Shown here: one piece after another, positions 14,046-22,385 of the stretch | How positions within the stretch are numbered: position 1 is the first letter of the stretch | Layout of the letters: every line of letters starts with the position of its first letter | IMG/VR virus record: IMGVR_UViG_3300005611_000134 | Location: 1-30,915 of that record | Direction: 5' to 3' (one strand) | DNA length: 30,915 nt | From: a virus | Lineage: Duplodnaviria > Caudoviricetes | The notes under the pieces: model-generated | Seen by the model: only the letters and a program-made list of their open reading frames with translations | The model's database searches: none | Told to the model about the DNA's origin: nothing | Program-made: the position numbers and the translations under genes

Positions 14046-15650
14046 ATGGCAGATGATTTAGCTGTAAAGCTTCTTAAGCGTTTCCAAACATTAGAAGCGC
14101 AACGTTATAACTGGGAATCACATTGGCAAGAGATTGCTGACTATGTGGTTCCGCGCAAAGCAGACATCACAAAGAAGCGTACAGCTGGTGATAAGCGTAC
14201 AGAGTTAATCTTTGATGGTACTGCGATCCACGCCGCAGAGCTTTTGTCTGCTTCCCTTCACGGCATGCTGACCAACGCATCACTGCAATGGTTTACGTTA
14301 CGCTTTAAGGATCGTGCGCTTGATAGCAACGACGAAGCTAAGGAGTGGCTCGAAAGCGTGACTGATGTGATGTATCAGGCGTTCCACAGTTCCAATTTTC
14401 AAGAGCAAATACACGAGCTTTACCACGACCTAATTACGTTTGGTACTGGCGTAATGTATGTGGAAGAAGACCCAGACACGATGATCAGATTCAGCACGCG
14501 CCATATCGGTGAGTGCTACCTTTCCGAAGATGAGAAGGGTCGTGTGGATACGGTATTCCGCAAGATGAAGATGCCAGCTAGGGCTGTGATCCAGCGCTTT
14601 GGCGCAGATAAGATGACTGACAAGCTAATTAAGCGTTATGAGGGCAAGCCCTATGATGAGGTAACGCTGGTGCATGCTGTCTACCCAAGAACCGAGCGTG
14701 ACATTACCAAGGTTACGAAAGAGAATAAGCCGTTTGCTAGTGTCTATATTGAGCCTAGCGAAAAGATTGTGTTGTCAGAAAGTGGCTTTGATGAGCTACC
14801 ATATATGGCGCCGCGCTTCTTGAAGGCCAGTTTTGAGATTGGTTATGGCCGATCACCAGCTATGACTGCACTTCCTGACATTAAGATGTTGAATAAAATG
14901 TCAGAAACGACAATCAGGGCGGCACAAAAGCAGGTAGACCCACCCCTTCTGGTGCCAGATGACGGCTTTATGCTACCCATCAGGACTGTCCCTGGCGGTC
15001 TTAACTTCTACAGAAGTGGTACGCGAGACAGGCTTGAGCCACTAAACATCGGCGCAAACAACCCACTGGGCCTGAATATGGAAGAGCAGCGCCGTGGCGC
15101 AATCAGATCTGCCTTCTACGTTGACCAGCTAATCCTTAGCCAAGGCCCGCAGATGACAGCCACCGAGGTTGTCCAGCGTACTGAAGAGAAGATGCGCTTG
15201 CTTGGACCTGTCCTTGGCCGACTACAGGCAGAGCTTCTCCAGCCAATGATTGAACGTTGCTACAATCTACTGGTAAAGCAGCGTGCATTTGATGCAGCGC
15301 CTGATTTTATGGCTGATTCAAGCATTGAGATTGAGTATGTATCGCCGTTGGCTAAGGCACAGCGTCAGGGCAATGTGCAGTCTGCGATGCAGTTGATTGA
15401 AATGGTTGCGCCGCTAATGCAGCTTGATCAGGGTGTTGCCGACTATCTGGATACAGATGGTCTTGTCCAGCACATTATTCGTGCGCTTTCTGTCCCAGCC
15501 AGCGTGGTACGCGGCGAGGAAGAGATATTTAACATACGCCAAGAACGAGTTGAGCAGCAGAACGCTATGCAGCAGATGCAGGAAGCACAGATGATTGCTC
15601 AAGCGGCAGGCGATGCAGCACCAGCAGTAAAGGCTGTTAATCAAATATGA
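14046..15650 (+). CDS. Portal protein (head-to-tail connector, T7 gp8/Bbp21-like)
   Basis: WESHWQEIADY, YGRSPAM.ALPDIKMLN, MTATEVVQR.EEKMRLLGPVLGRLQAELLQP motifs; 534 aa. Confidence 0.96.
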   Translation: MADDLAVKLLKRFQTLEAQRYNWESHWQEIADYVVPRKADITKKRTAGDKRTELIFDGTAIHAAELLSASLHGMLTNASLQWFTLRFKDRALDSNDEAKEWLESVTDVMYQAFHSSNFQEQIHELYHDLITFGTGVMYVEEDPDTMIRFSTRHIGECYLSEDEKGRVDTVFRKMKMPARAVIQRFGADKMTDKLIKRYEGKPYDEVTLVHAVYPRTERDITKVTKENKPFASVYIEPSEKIVLSESGFDELPYMAPRFLKASFEIGYGRSPAMTALPDIKMLNKMSETTIRAAQKQVDPPLLVPDDGFMLPIRTVPGGLNFYRSGTRDRLEPLNIGANNPLGLNMEEQRRGAIRSAFYVDQLILSQGPQMTATEVVQRTEEKMRLLGPVLGRLQAELLQPMIERCYNLLVKQRAFDAAPDFMADSSIEIEYVSPLAKAQRQGNVQSAMQLIEMVAPLMQLDQGVADYLDTDGLVQHIIRALSVPASVVRGEEEIFNIRQERVEQQNAMQQMQEAQMIAQAAGDAAPAVKAVNQI

Positions 15651-15868
15651 CCCCACAAGATCTAAGGGCGGCGTATAAAACGCTGTTTTCATCCAAAGAT
15701 GGCGAGATCGTCCTCAAGGATTTACAAGCACGCTTCCATATTATGGCTTCTACATTTTCTGTAGATCCAAACGAGACAGCCTACCGCGAAGGACAAAGAA
15801 CCGTGGTGCTGTTCCTGCAGCATATGTTGCAGGATTTACCAACCCCAGAGGATATAAATGATGAGTGA
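15647..15868 (+). CDS. Bbp19-like small head protein
   Basis: YK.LFSS.DGE.VL.DL...F, TAYREGQR.VV motif between portal and scaffold. Confidence 0.85.
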   Translation: MTPQDLRAAYKTLFSSKDGEIVLKDLQARFHIMASTFSVDPNETAYREGQRTVVLFLQHMLQDLPTPEDINDE

Positions 15869-16697
15869 AGAGCAGGTAGCTGAGGTCTCAGCAGAGGCAA
15901 CCCAGTCTGTTGAGGAGACTCAAGGATTCGGTGACTGGCGTGATTCAATCCCAGCAGAGGTTCGTGACCATACGAGCCTAAGACACATTACTGATGTGGG
16001 CGCATTGGCTAAGTCTTATGTGCATGCACAGCAAATGATTGGTGCTGATAAGGTTGCTATACCAGGCAAGCACGCCACAGCCGACGATTGGAATGAAGTA
16101 TATACCAGACTTGGCCGACCAGAAGATCCAAATGGCTATGAGCTGGATACATCCACCGTTGGAGATACCAACGTAATGGATGATGGCACGCTGAATTGGT
16201 ACAAGCAGGTCGCCCACAAAGCTGGCCTAACACCACAGCAGGCTCAGGTTGTGTTTGATGAGTACAATCAGTTGACTGGCCAGCAGATGTCGCAGGTTGG
16301 CCAAGATGTCGAGACTCGCATTTCACAGGCAGAAATGGAGCTAAAGCGTGAATTTGGTAGTGCATTTGATGATCGCATGCAGCTTGGCAGTTCAGTTCTT
16401 GCGGAGTTTGGTGCGGAAGAGCTGAGTGAGATTGAGCTTGCTGACGGCACACGCCTTGGTGACAACCCAGATGCAGTACGCATGCTTGTGCGTATTGGCG
16501 AGTTTTTGCGTGACCGTACTGGTGAAGATTCTTTTGCTGGACCTAAGACCAGCATTGGCATGACACCAGACGAAGCCAAGCAACGTTTGGATGACCTTAC
16601 AGCGCCAAACAGCCCTTACTGGGATCCAAGACACCCAGAACGTCAGTGGTATGTAAATGAAGCACTGAAGTATCGGCAAATGATGACAGGTGAATAA
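15858..16697 (+). CDS. Capsid assembly scaffolding protein
   Basis: LAKSYVHAQQMIG, LGRPE.P..Y, AHKAGLTPQQAQ, LKREFG, LGDNP, YWD..HP; acidic; start 15858 or 15861. Confidence 0.88.
   Translation: MMSEEQVAEVSAEATQSVEETQGFGDWRDSIPAEVRDHTSLRHITDVGALAKSYVHAQQMIGADKVAIPGKHATADDWNEVYTRLGRPEDPNGYELDTSTVGDTNVMDDGTLNWYKQVAHKAGLTPQQAQVVFDEYNQLTGQQMSQVGQDVETRISQAEMELKREFGSAFDDRMQLGSSVLAEFGAEELSEIELADGTRLGDNPDAVRMLVRIGEFLRDRTGEDSFAGPKTSIGMTPDEAKQRLDDLTAPNSPYWDPRHPERQWYVNEALKYRQMMTGE
15871..15911 (+). promoter_or_regulatory. Structured RNA element at the scaffold start with two 4x1 internal loops (G-GUAG-C/G-U-C and G-GCAA-C/G-U-C)
   Basis: CAG 15873-75/CUG 15907-09, CUG 15880-82/CAG 15903-05, GG 15884-85/CC 15901-02, CUC 15887-89/GAG 15894-96. 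Confidence 0.6.
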
Positions 16698-16912
16698 TGG
16701 AAGATCGTGAGTTTAAACTTGAGATATTACGTCTTGTTTTAGAATTAGGGTCTCCACAAGTGTCACAAAATCCGCTACAATTTGCGGACAATCTATTACG
16801 CTGGTGCGTTAAGCCAATCGACAAGAGTGATGGCGAGGCTGAGAAGCCTCGTCGCGGTCGCTCCCGAAAGGCAGACTTAAGCGTAGTTAAGTCAGGACAA
16901 TCTGATAGCTAA
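16697..16912 (+). CDS. Small protein between scaffold and capsid (71 aa), basic KPRRGRSRK tail
   Basis: TAATG overlap; FKLEILRL...ADNLLRW helical hairpin. Confidence 0.75.
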   Translation: MEDREFKLEILRLVLELGSPQVSQNPLQFADNLLRWCVKPIDKSDGEAEKPRRGRSRKADLSVVKSGQSDS

Positions 16913-16960
16913 TCAGACCCTGCAAAAATACCCCCCTTCGTCCGACTCGTCGGGTAGCGA
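16874..16960 (+). promoter_or_regulatory. Structured capsid-gene leader: three hairpins, two carrying the G-RYAR-Y/R-Y-C internal loop
   Basis: GACTTAA/TTAAGTC 16874-93; CAGG-ACAA-TCTGAT-AGCTA-ATCAGA-C-CCTG 16893-16922; TCG-T-CCGA-CTCG-TCGG-GTAG-CGA 16938-16960. Confidence 0.65.
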
Positions 16961-16997
16961 TCCCAAAAATCTGTATTGAAAATGAAAGGATGACGTT

Positions 16998-17858
16998 ATG
17001 TCTACACAAGTAAACACCGCGTTTGTCCAGCAGTTTTCGTCTAACGTACAGCTGCTTTCTCAGCAGATGGGTTCCCTTCTAAGGGGTTCTGTTTCTGAGG
17101 AGTCTGTTACAGGCGAAAAGGCTTTCTTCGACCAAGTTGGCCAAGCTGCTGCAGTCAAACGTACTTCTCGCCACGGGGATACTCCCTTGGTGGATACCCC
17201 ACACTCACGCCGTATGGTAACTATGGATACCTACGAGTGGGCAGACCTGATCGACGATGCCGATAAGGTTCGCATGCTGATCGACCCAACAAGCACCTAT
17301 GCTCGCGCTGCGGCTGCTGCTATGGGCCGTGCAATGGACGATGCCATTATTGCTTCTGCCACTGGCACAGCAAAGACTGGTAAGTCTGGCGCAACCAGCA
17401 CTTCTTTCCTTGCAGCAAACCAGATTGCGGACGGGGGCACCGACCTCACGCTTCCAAAACTGATTGAAGCAAAGAAGAAGCTAGACCTTCAGTCTGTTGA
17501 TCCATCAATCCCACGCTACATTGCCGTAGGCCCAGATCAGATTGAGTCTCTCTTGAACAGCACAACTGTTACAAGCGCAGACTTCAACACTGTGAAGGCT
17601 CTGGTTCAGGGTGATATTGATACGTTCCTTGGCTTTAAGTTTATTTCCACCACACGTCTTGGCAAAGTTGGCAACATCCGCACATGCTTTGCTTGGGCCG
17701 AGGATGGCATTAAGCTTGCAGTAGGCAAGGATGTAATGGCTCGCATCGAAGAACGTTCCGATAAATCTTTCTCCACACAGGTATACTACTGCGCCACCTT
17801 CGGTGCTACCCGTATGGAAGAAGAGAAGGTCGTTCAGATCGACTGCGACGAATCATAA
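16998..17858 (+). CDS. Major capsid protein
   Basis: AAAGGA RBS; MSTQVNTAFVQQFSSNVQLLSQQ.GS.LR, TPHSRR, DKVRMLIDPTS.YA, ALVQG.IDTFLGFKF, GATRMEEEKVV. Confidence 0.95.
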   Translation: MSTQVNTAFVQQFSSNVQLLSQQMGSLLRGSVSEESVTGEKAFFDQVGQAAAVKRTSRHGDTPLVDTPHSRRMVTMDTYEWADLIDDADKVRMLIDPTSTYARAAAAAMGRAMDDAIIASATGTAKTGKSGATSTSFLAANQIADGGTDLTLPKLIEAKKKLDLQSVDPSIPRYIAVGPDQIESLLNSTTVTSADFNTVKALVQGDIDTFLGFKFISTTRLGKVGNIRTCFAWAEDGIKLAVGKDVMARIEERSDKSFSTQVYYCATFGATRMEEEKVVQIDCDES

Positions 17859-17871
17859 GGAGAGATGAGTT

Positions 17872-18348
17872 ATGGCTACCGTATATTCTGATGTACGCAC
17901 TGATCTGACTCAGGATGATCCTTCTGAGTTCGTAAAGGCAAACCAGCTGGCTGGTAGTCTTCGTGTCGCCCGTGGCGTCTACGAAGCTTCTTCGCTTGCT
18001 GCTAATGACGTAATTGAGATGTTTGCTCTTCCAAACAAGGCACGCATTGTACACGGCTATGTGTATTTTGATGCTTTGGGCGCAAGCACCGACATCTCAG
18101 TTGGTCACGCTGCTTATGTAAATGCTGCTGGTTCTTCAGTAGCTGCAGACGCAGATGAGTTCCTTGGTGAAACTGACACCACCTCAGCTGGCCGCGCAGA
18201 TGTTGCTGCAACGCTTGCCCTTGGTGCCAACACCGAAGTGGACATCGACCAAGAAGAAAAGAACAACGAATATGTTGTTACTGTAACTGCGCTCAACGCT
18301 GCCGCAACAGGCACGATTGAGCTGGTTATGTTCTACGTTGTAGACTAA
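17872..18348 (+). CDS. Probable capsid decoration/cement protein (158 aa)
   Basis: TAAGGAG RBS; directly after the capsid gene and before the terminator; beta-rich, LP..ARI motif. Confidence 0.7.
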   Translation: MATVYSDVRTDLTQDDPSEFVKANQLAGSLRVARGVYEASSLAANDVIEMFALPNKARIVHGYVYFDALGASTDISVGHAAYVNAAGSSVAADADEFLGETDTTSAGRADVAATLALGANTEVDIDQEEKNNEYVVTVTALNAAATGTIELVMFYVVD

Positions 18349-18356
18349 AATGTGCT

Positions 18357-18379
18357 AGGGGCGGTTTACGCCGCCCCTT
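18357..18379 (+). terminator. Probably leaky terminator hairpin after the capsid genes
   Basis: AGGGGCGG-TTTACG-CCGCCCCT followed by only a short U-run. Confidence 0.65.
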
Positions 18380-18405
18380 CACAACCCCAGATACAGGAGT
18401 CTGCT

Positions 18406-18618
18406 ATGGACGTGTACGAAATTATCCCAGACGATGCCGTGTTTAAGCTTCTTGTGGTGGGTCATGATGACGGCACACATAGCGTAATGATTTGCATTGA
18501 AGGTTTTGAAGATCCTGATTCTGCTGACTTCTTTTGCCAAGAGTTCCTAGAAAATGGTATCCTTGAAGTTGGTGAACAATCTCTCATGCCTGAGAGCCTA
18601 GATATGGCGATACACTAA
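18406..18618 (+). CDS. Very acidic 70-aa hypothetical protein
   Basis: AGGAG RBS, ATG 18406, TAATG overlap with tail tube A; 17 D/E versus 1 K and 0 R. Confidence 0.75.
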   Translation: MDVYEIIPDDAVFKLLVVGHDDGTHSVMICIEGFEDPDSADFFCQEFLENGILEVGEQSLMPESLDMAIH

Positions 18619-19208
18619 TGTCATCTATTGTAGATATTTGTAACAGCGCGCTGAATCAGATTGGTGCTTCAAACATCATAGCCTTGACCGAGGACAGCAA
18701 AGCTGCGCGTATCCTCAACCAACGCTACGAATATGTGCGTGATTCAGTATTCCGATCCCATCCTTGGAATTGCTTGATCAGGCGCGTTATTCTTGCACCA
18801 GACACAGCAGAGCCTGCGTTCGAGTTTGGTAAACAATTTACATTACCAACAGATCCATACTGCTTGCGCGTTCTTAATATCGACGATAGCGACACAATCT
18901 TTCGTGTAGAGGGTCGCAAGATCCTCTGCAACGAAGACACCGTAAACCTAACTTATGTGGCGAGGATTACTGACCCTGCACAGTATGACCTATCGCTTAC
19001 AGAAACATTAGCCGCAGCACTGGCCGCAGATGTTGCCTACCCAATCATTGGCTCCACAGCATTGGCTGCAAACATGATTGCTCTTTACGATAAGAAGCTA
19101 TCTGAGGCGCGCTTTGTTGATGCCACCGAAGGTATGCCTGGTGCTATTGTTAATGTCGCTGATGCAGGAAGCATAGAATCGAATACCTTTATTAAATCGA
19201 GGTTCTAA
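18618..19208 (+). CDS. Tail tubular protein A / adaptor (T7 gp11-like)
   Basis: VDICNSALNQIGA..I, HPWNC, LP.DP.CLRVL, ARFVDATEG. Confidence 0.9.
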   Translation: MSSIVDICNSALNQIGASNIIALTEDSKAARILNQRYEYVRDSVFRSHPWNCLIRRVILAPDTAEPAFEFGKQFTLPTDPYCLRVLNIDDSDTIFRVEGRKILCNEDTVNLTYVARITDPAQYDLSLTETLAAALAADVAYPIIGSTALAANMIALYDKKLSEARFVDATEGMPGAIVNVADAGSIESNTFIKSRF

Positions 19209-21478
19209 TGGTTCAAGCCTCACCATCATTTACAAACTTCACGGCTGGTGAGCTTAGTCCGCGTCTTGATGGCCGCACAGACATCAGCAAGTATTTCAAC
19301 GGTTGCAAGACCCTTAACAACTTCTTTGTGCATCCGCACGGCGGCGCTGCGCGTAGACCAGGCACAATCTTTGTGCGCGAGGTCAAGGACAGCGCAGATA
19401 ACTGCAGGCTTATACCTTTTGAATTTAACGTAACCCAGACGTACATTCTTGAGTTTGGCGATCAGTATTTTCGCATCCACAAGGATGGCGGCACTGTGGT
19501 GTCTGGAGGCAGCCCAGTAGAGGTGGCCACGCCATACCTACACACAGAGCTTGCAGACATACGCTTTGCCCAGTCTGCTGACGTTATGTACATAGTGCAT
19601 CCGAATCATGCGCCGCGACAGATCACAAGAACCAGCCACACTGCTTGGACACTGACTGAGGTGGACTTTCGTCGTGGCCCGATGCAGGATCCCAACACCA
19701 CCGACACCACACTGACTGCAAGTGGGCGTACAGGAAGCATAACAATCACAGCAAGTGATGCAACATTCGTATCCACAGATGTTGGCAGGTTTGTAAAGCT
19801 TCACGATGGCTACGCAAAGATTACAGCATTTTCTAGTTCTACAAGCGTCACAGCGACAGTTCAGCAGAACGAGGATCTTCGCACAGAGTTGATGCCCAGC
19901 TACACAGCAAGCACAATTAGTTTCCACGAAGGCGACCCAGACGCAACTGGCCTAGAGCATAACGACCGTATGCAGGACACTGCTGGTGGATTTGTGAGTG
20001 CTGGCTTTGAGGTCGGCATGAAGGTAACTATCAGCGGAGCTGCGGCGGCAAACAACGGCAGCGGCAAACTGATTGTTCAGGTAACTGAAGATACAGTTTT
20101 GTTTGCACCTTCTGTGGATGTGGCCGACCAATCCGCTGGATCAAGCATCACAGTCACTGGCGATCTTATTGCCGATGATTCCTTTGAGCTTGGTGCCTTC
20201 TCAGAGACAACAGGCTACCCAACAACGGTAACATTCTTTGAACAGCGCCTTGTGTTTGGTGGTACGGCAACCCAACCACAGACATTATTCTTCTCTGTTG
20301 GTGGTGATTTCACAGACTTTGCCAGTGGTATTGATGCAGACGATGCACTTACCTACACAATCGGTTCTAACCAAGTAAATGTAATACGCTATCTTACATC
20401 TGCTAGGGCGCTGATCATTGGCACGTCTGGTGGTGAGTTTGTGATGCGCGCTGGTGAAGACGCACCGATTAGCCCAACCAACGCTGTGGTGAAGAGGCAG
20501 GCGAGCTATGGCTCTGCAAACATCCAGCCAGTTACCATTGGCAACGTGGCCTTGTTTGTCCAGCGTGCAAGGCGCAAGATCAGGGAGCTTGTCTACAACT
20601 TCGACACAGACAGTTATGTAGCCCCAGATATGACAATCTTGGCCGAGCATATCACCGAGTCTGGCATCAAAGAGATTGCGCTGCAGCAAGAACCAGACAA
20701 CGTTGTTTGGATTGTGCTGAATGACGGTACGTTTGTGGGCATGACCTATAGGCGTGAAGAAAATGTTGTGGCCTTCCACAGCCACAGTCTTGGCGGTAGC
20801 TTTGGTGGCGATAACTTTGCCCACGTTGAAAGTGTGGCTACTATCCCTGGCAGTATCGACGAGGATGATGTCTATGTGGTTGTAAAGCGTACCATCAATG
20901 GCGCAACAAAAAGATATATTGAGTTGTTTAACTTCTTCGACTTCGGCAGCAATATCCTAGACGCTTTCTTTGTAGACTCTGGCCTTACCTATGATGGGTC
21001 TGCTGTTACGCAGATCTCAGGCTTGGATCATCTTGAGGGCGAGACTGTCTCTGTGATTGCCGATGGTTCTGCCCACCCAGATGTAACTGTAAGCTCAGGC
21101 ACCATCAACTTAGATCGTGAAGCGGAAGTTGTGCATATTGGTCTGGGCTATACAAGCACGTTGCAGACAATGCGCCTTGATGCTGGATCTAAGCAGGGCA
21201 GTGCGCAGGGCAAGACAAAGCGGATCAGGGATCTTACGCTGCGGCTGTATAGGTCTGTTGGTGTTGAGGTTGGTGACGCGACAGACAACCTTGATCGCAT
21301 CCCATTCCGCAGTTCTGCAACGCCTATGAGTTCTGCGGTGCCGTTGTTTACTGGCGACAAAGATATTGAGTTTAGTGGCGGGTTTGATACCGATGGATTT
21401 ATTGTGGTGCGCCAATCGCAACCACTACCACTTACGGTTCTAGGTATCTTCCCAAGGATACAGACATACGACAGATGA
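19208..21478 (+). CDS. Tail tubular protein B / nozzle (T7 gp12-like)
   Basis: NFTAGELSPRL.GR.D, GGA.RRPGT, QSADVMYIVH, GYP..VTFFEQRL, GLDHLEGETV, QPLPLTVL. Confidence 0.92.
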   Translation: MVQASPSFTNFTAGELSPRLDGRTDISKYFNGCKTLNNFFVHPHGGAARRPGTIFVREVKDSADNCRLIPFEFNVTQTYILEFGDQYFRIHKDGGTVVSGGSPVEVATPYLHTELADIRFAQSADVMYIVHPNHAPRQITRTSHTAWTLTEVDFRRGPMQDPNTTDTTLTASGRTGSITITASDATFVSTDVGRFVKLHDGYAKITAFSSSTSVTATVQQNEDLRTELMPSYTASTISFHEGDPDATGLEHNDRMQDTAGGFVSAGFEVGMKVTISGAAAANNGSGKLIVQVTEDTVLFAPSVDVADQSAGSSITVTGDLIADDSFELGAFSETTGYPTTVTFFEQRLVFGGTATQPQTLFFSVGGDFTDFASGIDADDALTYTIGSNQVNVIRYLTSARALIIGTSGGEFVMRAGEDAPISPTNAVVKRQASYGSANIQPVTIGNVALFVQRARRKIRELVYNFDTDSYVAPDMTILAEHITESGIKEIALQQEPDNVVWIVLNDGTFVGMTYRREENVVAFHSHSLGGSFGGDNFAHVESVATIPGSIDEDDVYVVVKRTINGATKRYIELFNFFDFGSNILDAFFVDSGLTYDGSAVTQISGLDHLEGETVSVIADGSAHPDVTVSSGTINLDREAEVVHIGLGYTSTLQTMRLDAGSKQGSAQGKTKRIRDLTLRLYRSVGVEVGDATDNLDRIPFRSSATPMSSAVPLFTGDKDIEFSGGFDTDGFIVVRQSQPLPLTVLGIFPRIQTYDR

Positions 21479-21915
21479 AGCTGATAAGTTATAGCGCACG
21501 TCACTTAGATGAGATACTTGCGGAGGGCTTTAACAGGGGCGCACCATCCAGCACCTTTGGTATGGACGCTTACAAGTCAGAGCTTGAGAAAGCAAGTTAT
21601 TCATACACTGTGGTCTGCGGTGACGATATTGTGATGTGTTGTGGGTTGTTGCCTATGTGGGATGGTGTGGCTGATACTTGGATGCTGGGCAGCGTAAAGC
21701 TGCACAAACACAGAAGTGATTTTATTAGACACGCAAAAGGTGCTATGCTGTCTGTATTTAACGACCTTGGTATGCGCCGCGTTCAGGGCGCGGTTTCAGT
21801 AAACTGGGAAGAGGCGGCAAGGTTTGTACATTATATGGGTTTTGAGGAAGAGGGCGTGATGAGGAAATACGGGCCAGACGGTTCTGATTATATCCGCGTT
21901 GCGTGGGTGCGCTAA
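21475..21915 (+). CDS. GNAT-fold acetyltransferase-like protein at the T7 gp13-equivalent position
   Basis: CGLLPMWDGVADTW, RRVQGAV, ARFVHYMGFEEEGVMRKYGPDGSDY. Confidence 0.8.
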   Translation: MKLISYSARHLDEILAEGFNRGAPSSTFGMDAYKSELEKASYSYTVVCGDDIVMCCGLLPMWDGVADTWMLGSVKLHKHRSDFIRHAKGAMLSVFNDLGMRRVQGAVSVNWEEAARFVHYMGFEEEGVMRKYGPDGSDYIRVAWVR

Positions 21916-22385
21916 TGGCATTTATGATTCCACTAGCCCAGATCGCACAGGGCAATCAACAGGCAGCTGCTTACAAATATAATGCAGCTATTAATGAGCG
22001 CAATGCTCAGGTTGCAGAGCAACAAGGCGAGCAGCTTGTTTACGCAAACGAGCTTGAGATTGAGAAGTTTAAGGATGATTTCCAAGACCTTCAGGCGGCA
22101 ACAACGCAGGCGTTTAGATATAATGGCTTTGTTGCTGGTAGCGGCACACCACTAAAGGTTGCGCTTGCTAATGCTGCAGAAGCCGACGAAGAGATTGCAA
22201 TCCGCCGTTACAATGCAAAGGTTGGCAAACAACAAACAGAAGAATCCGCTACGCAAGAGCGCATGCAGGGACAGCTAAACAGAATGTATGGCCGTCAAGC
22301 AAGACTTGCTGGATACATTAACGCTGGTAGCAGTCTGTTGCAGATGAGCGCGCAGGCTGCGCAAGCAGGTGGGGGTGTAGGCTAA
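21915..22385 (+). CDS. Small internal virion (ejection) protein, gp14-like
   Basis: TAATG overlap (alternative GTG 21903); YNAAI.ERNA, SGTPL, Ala/Gln-rich coiled coil. Confidence 0.8.
   Translation: MAFMIPLAQIAQGNQQAAAYKYNAAINERNAQVAEQQGEQLVYANELEIEKFKDDFQDLQAATTQAFRYNGFVAGSGTPLKVALANAAEADEEIAIRRYNAKVGKQQTEESATQERMQGQLNRMYGRQARLAGYINAGSSLLQMSAQAAQAGGGVG

Noticed and set aside
16877-16890. CtrA box (TTAA-N7-TTAA)
   Set aside because: Spacing is N6 and the sequence is explained by a hairpin stem
17840-17872. T7 10A/10B-type frameshift extending the capsid protein
   Set aside because: No slippery heptamer near the stop; the next gene has its own strong TAAGGAG RBS
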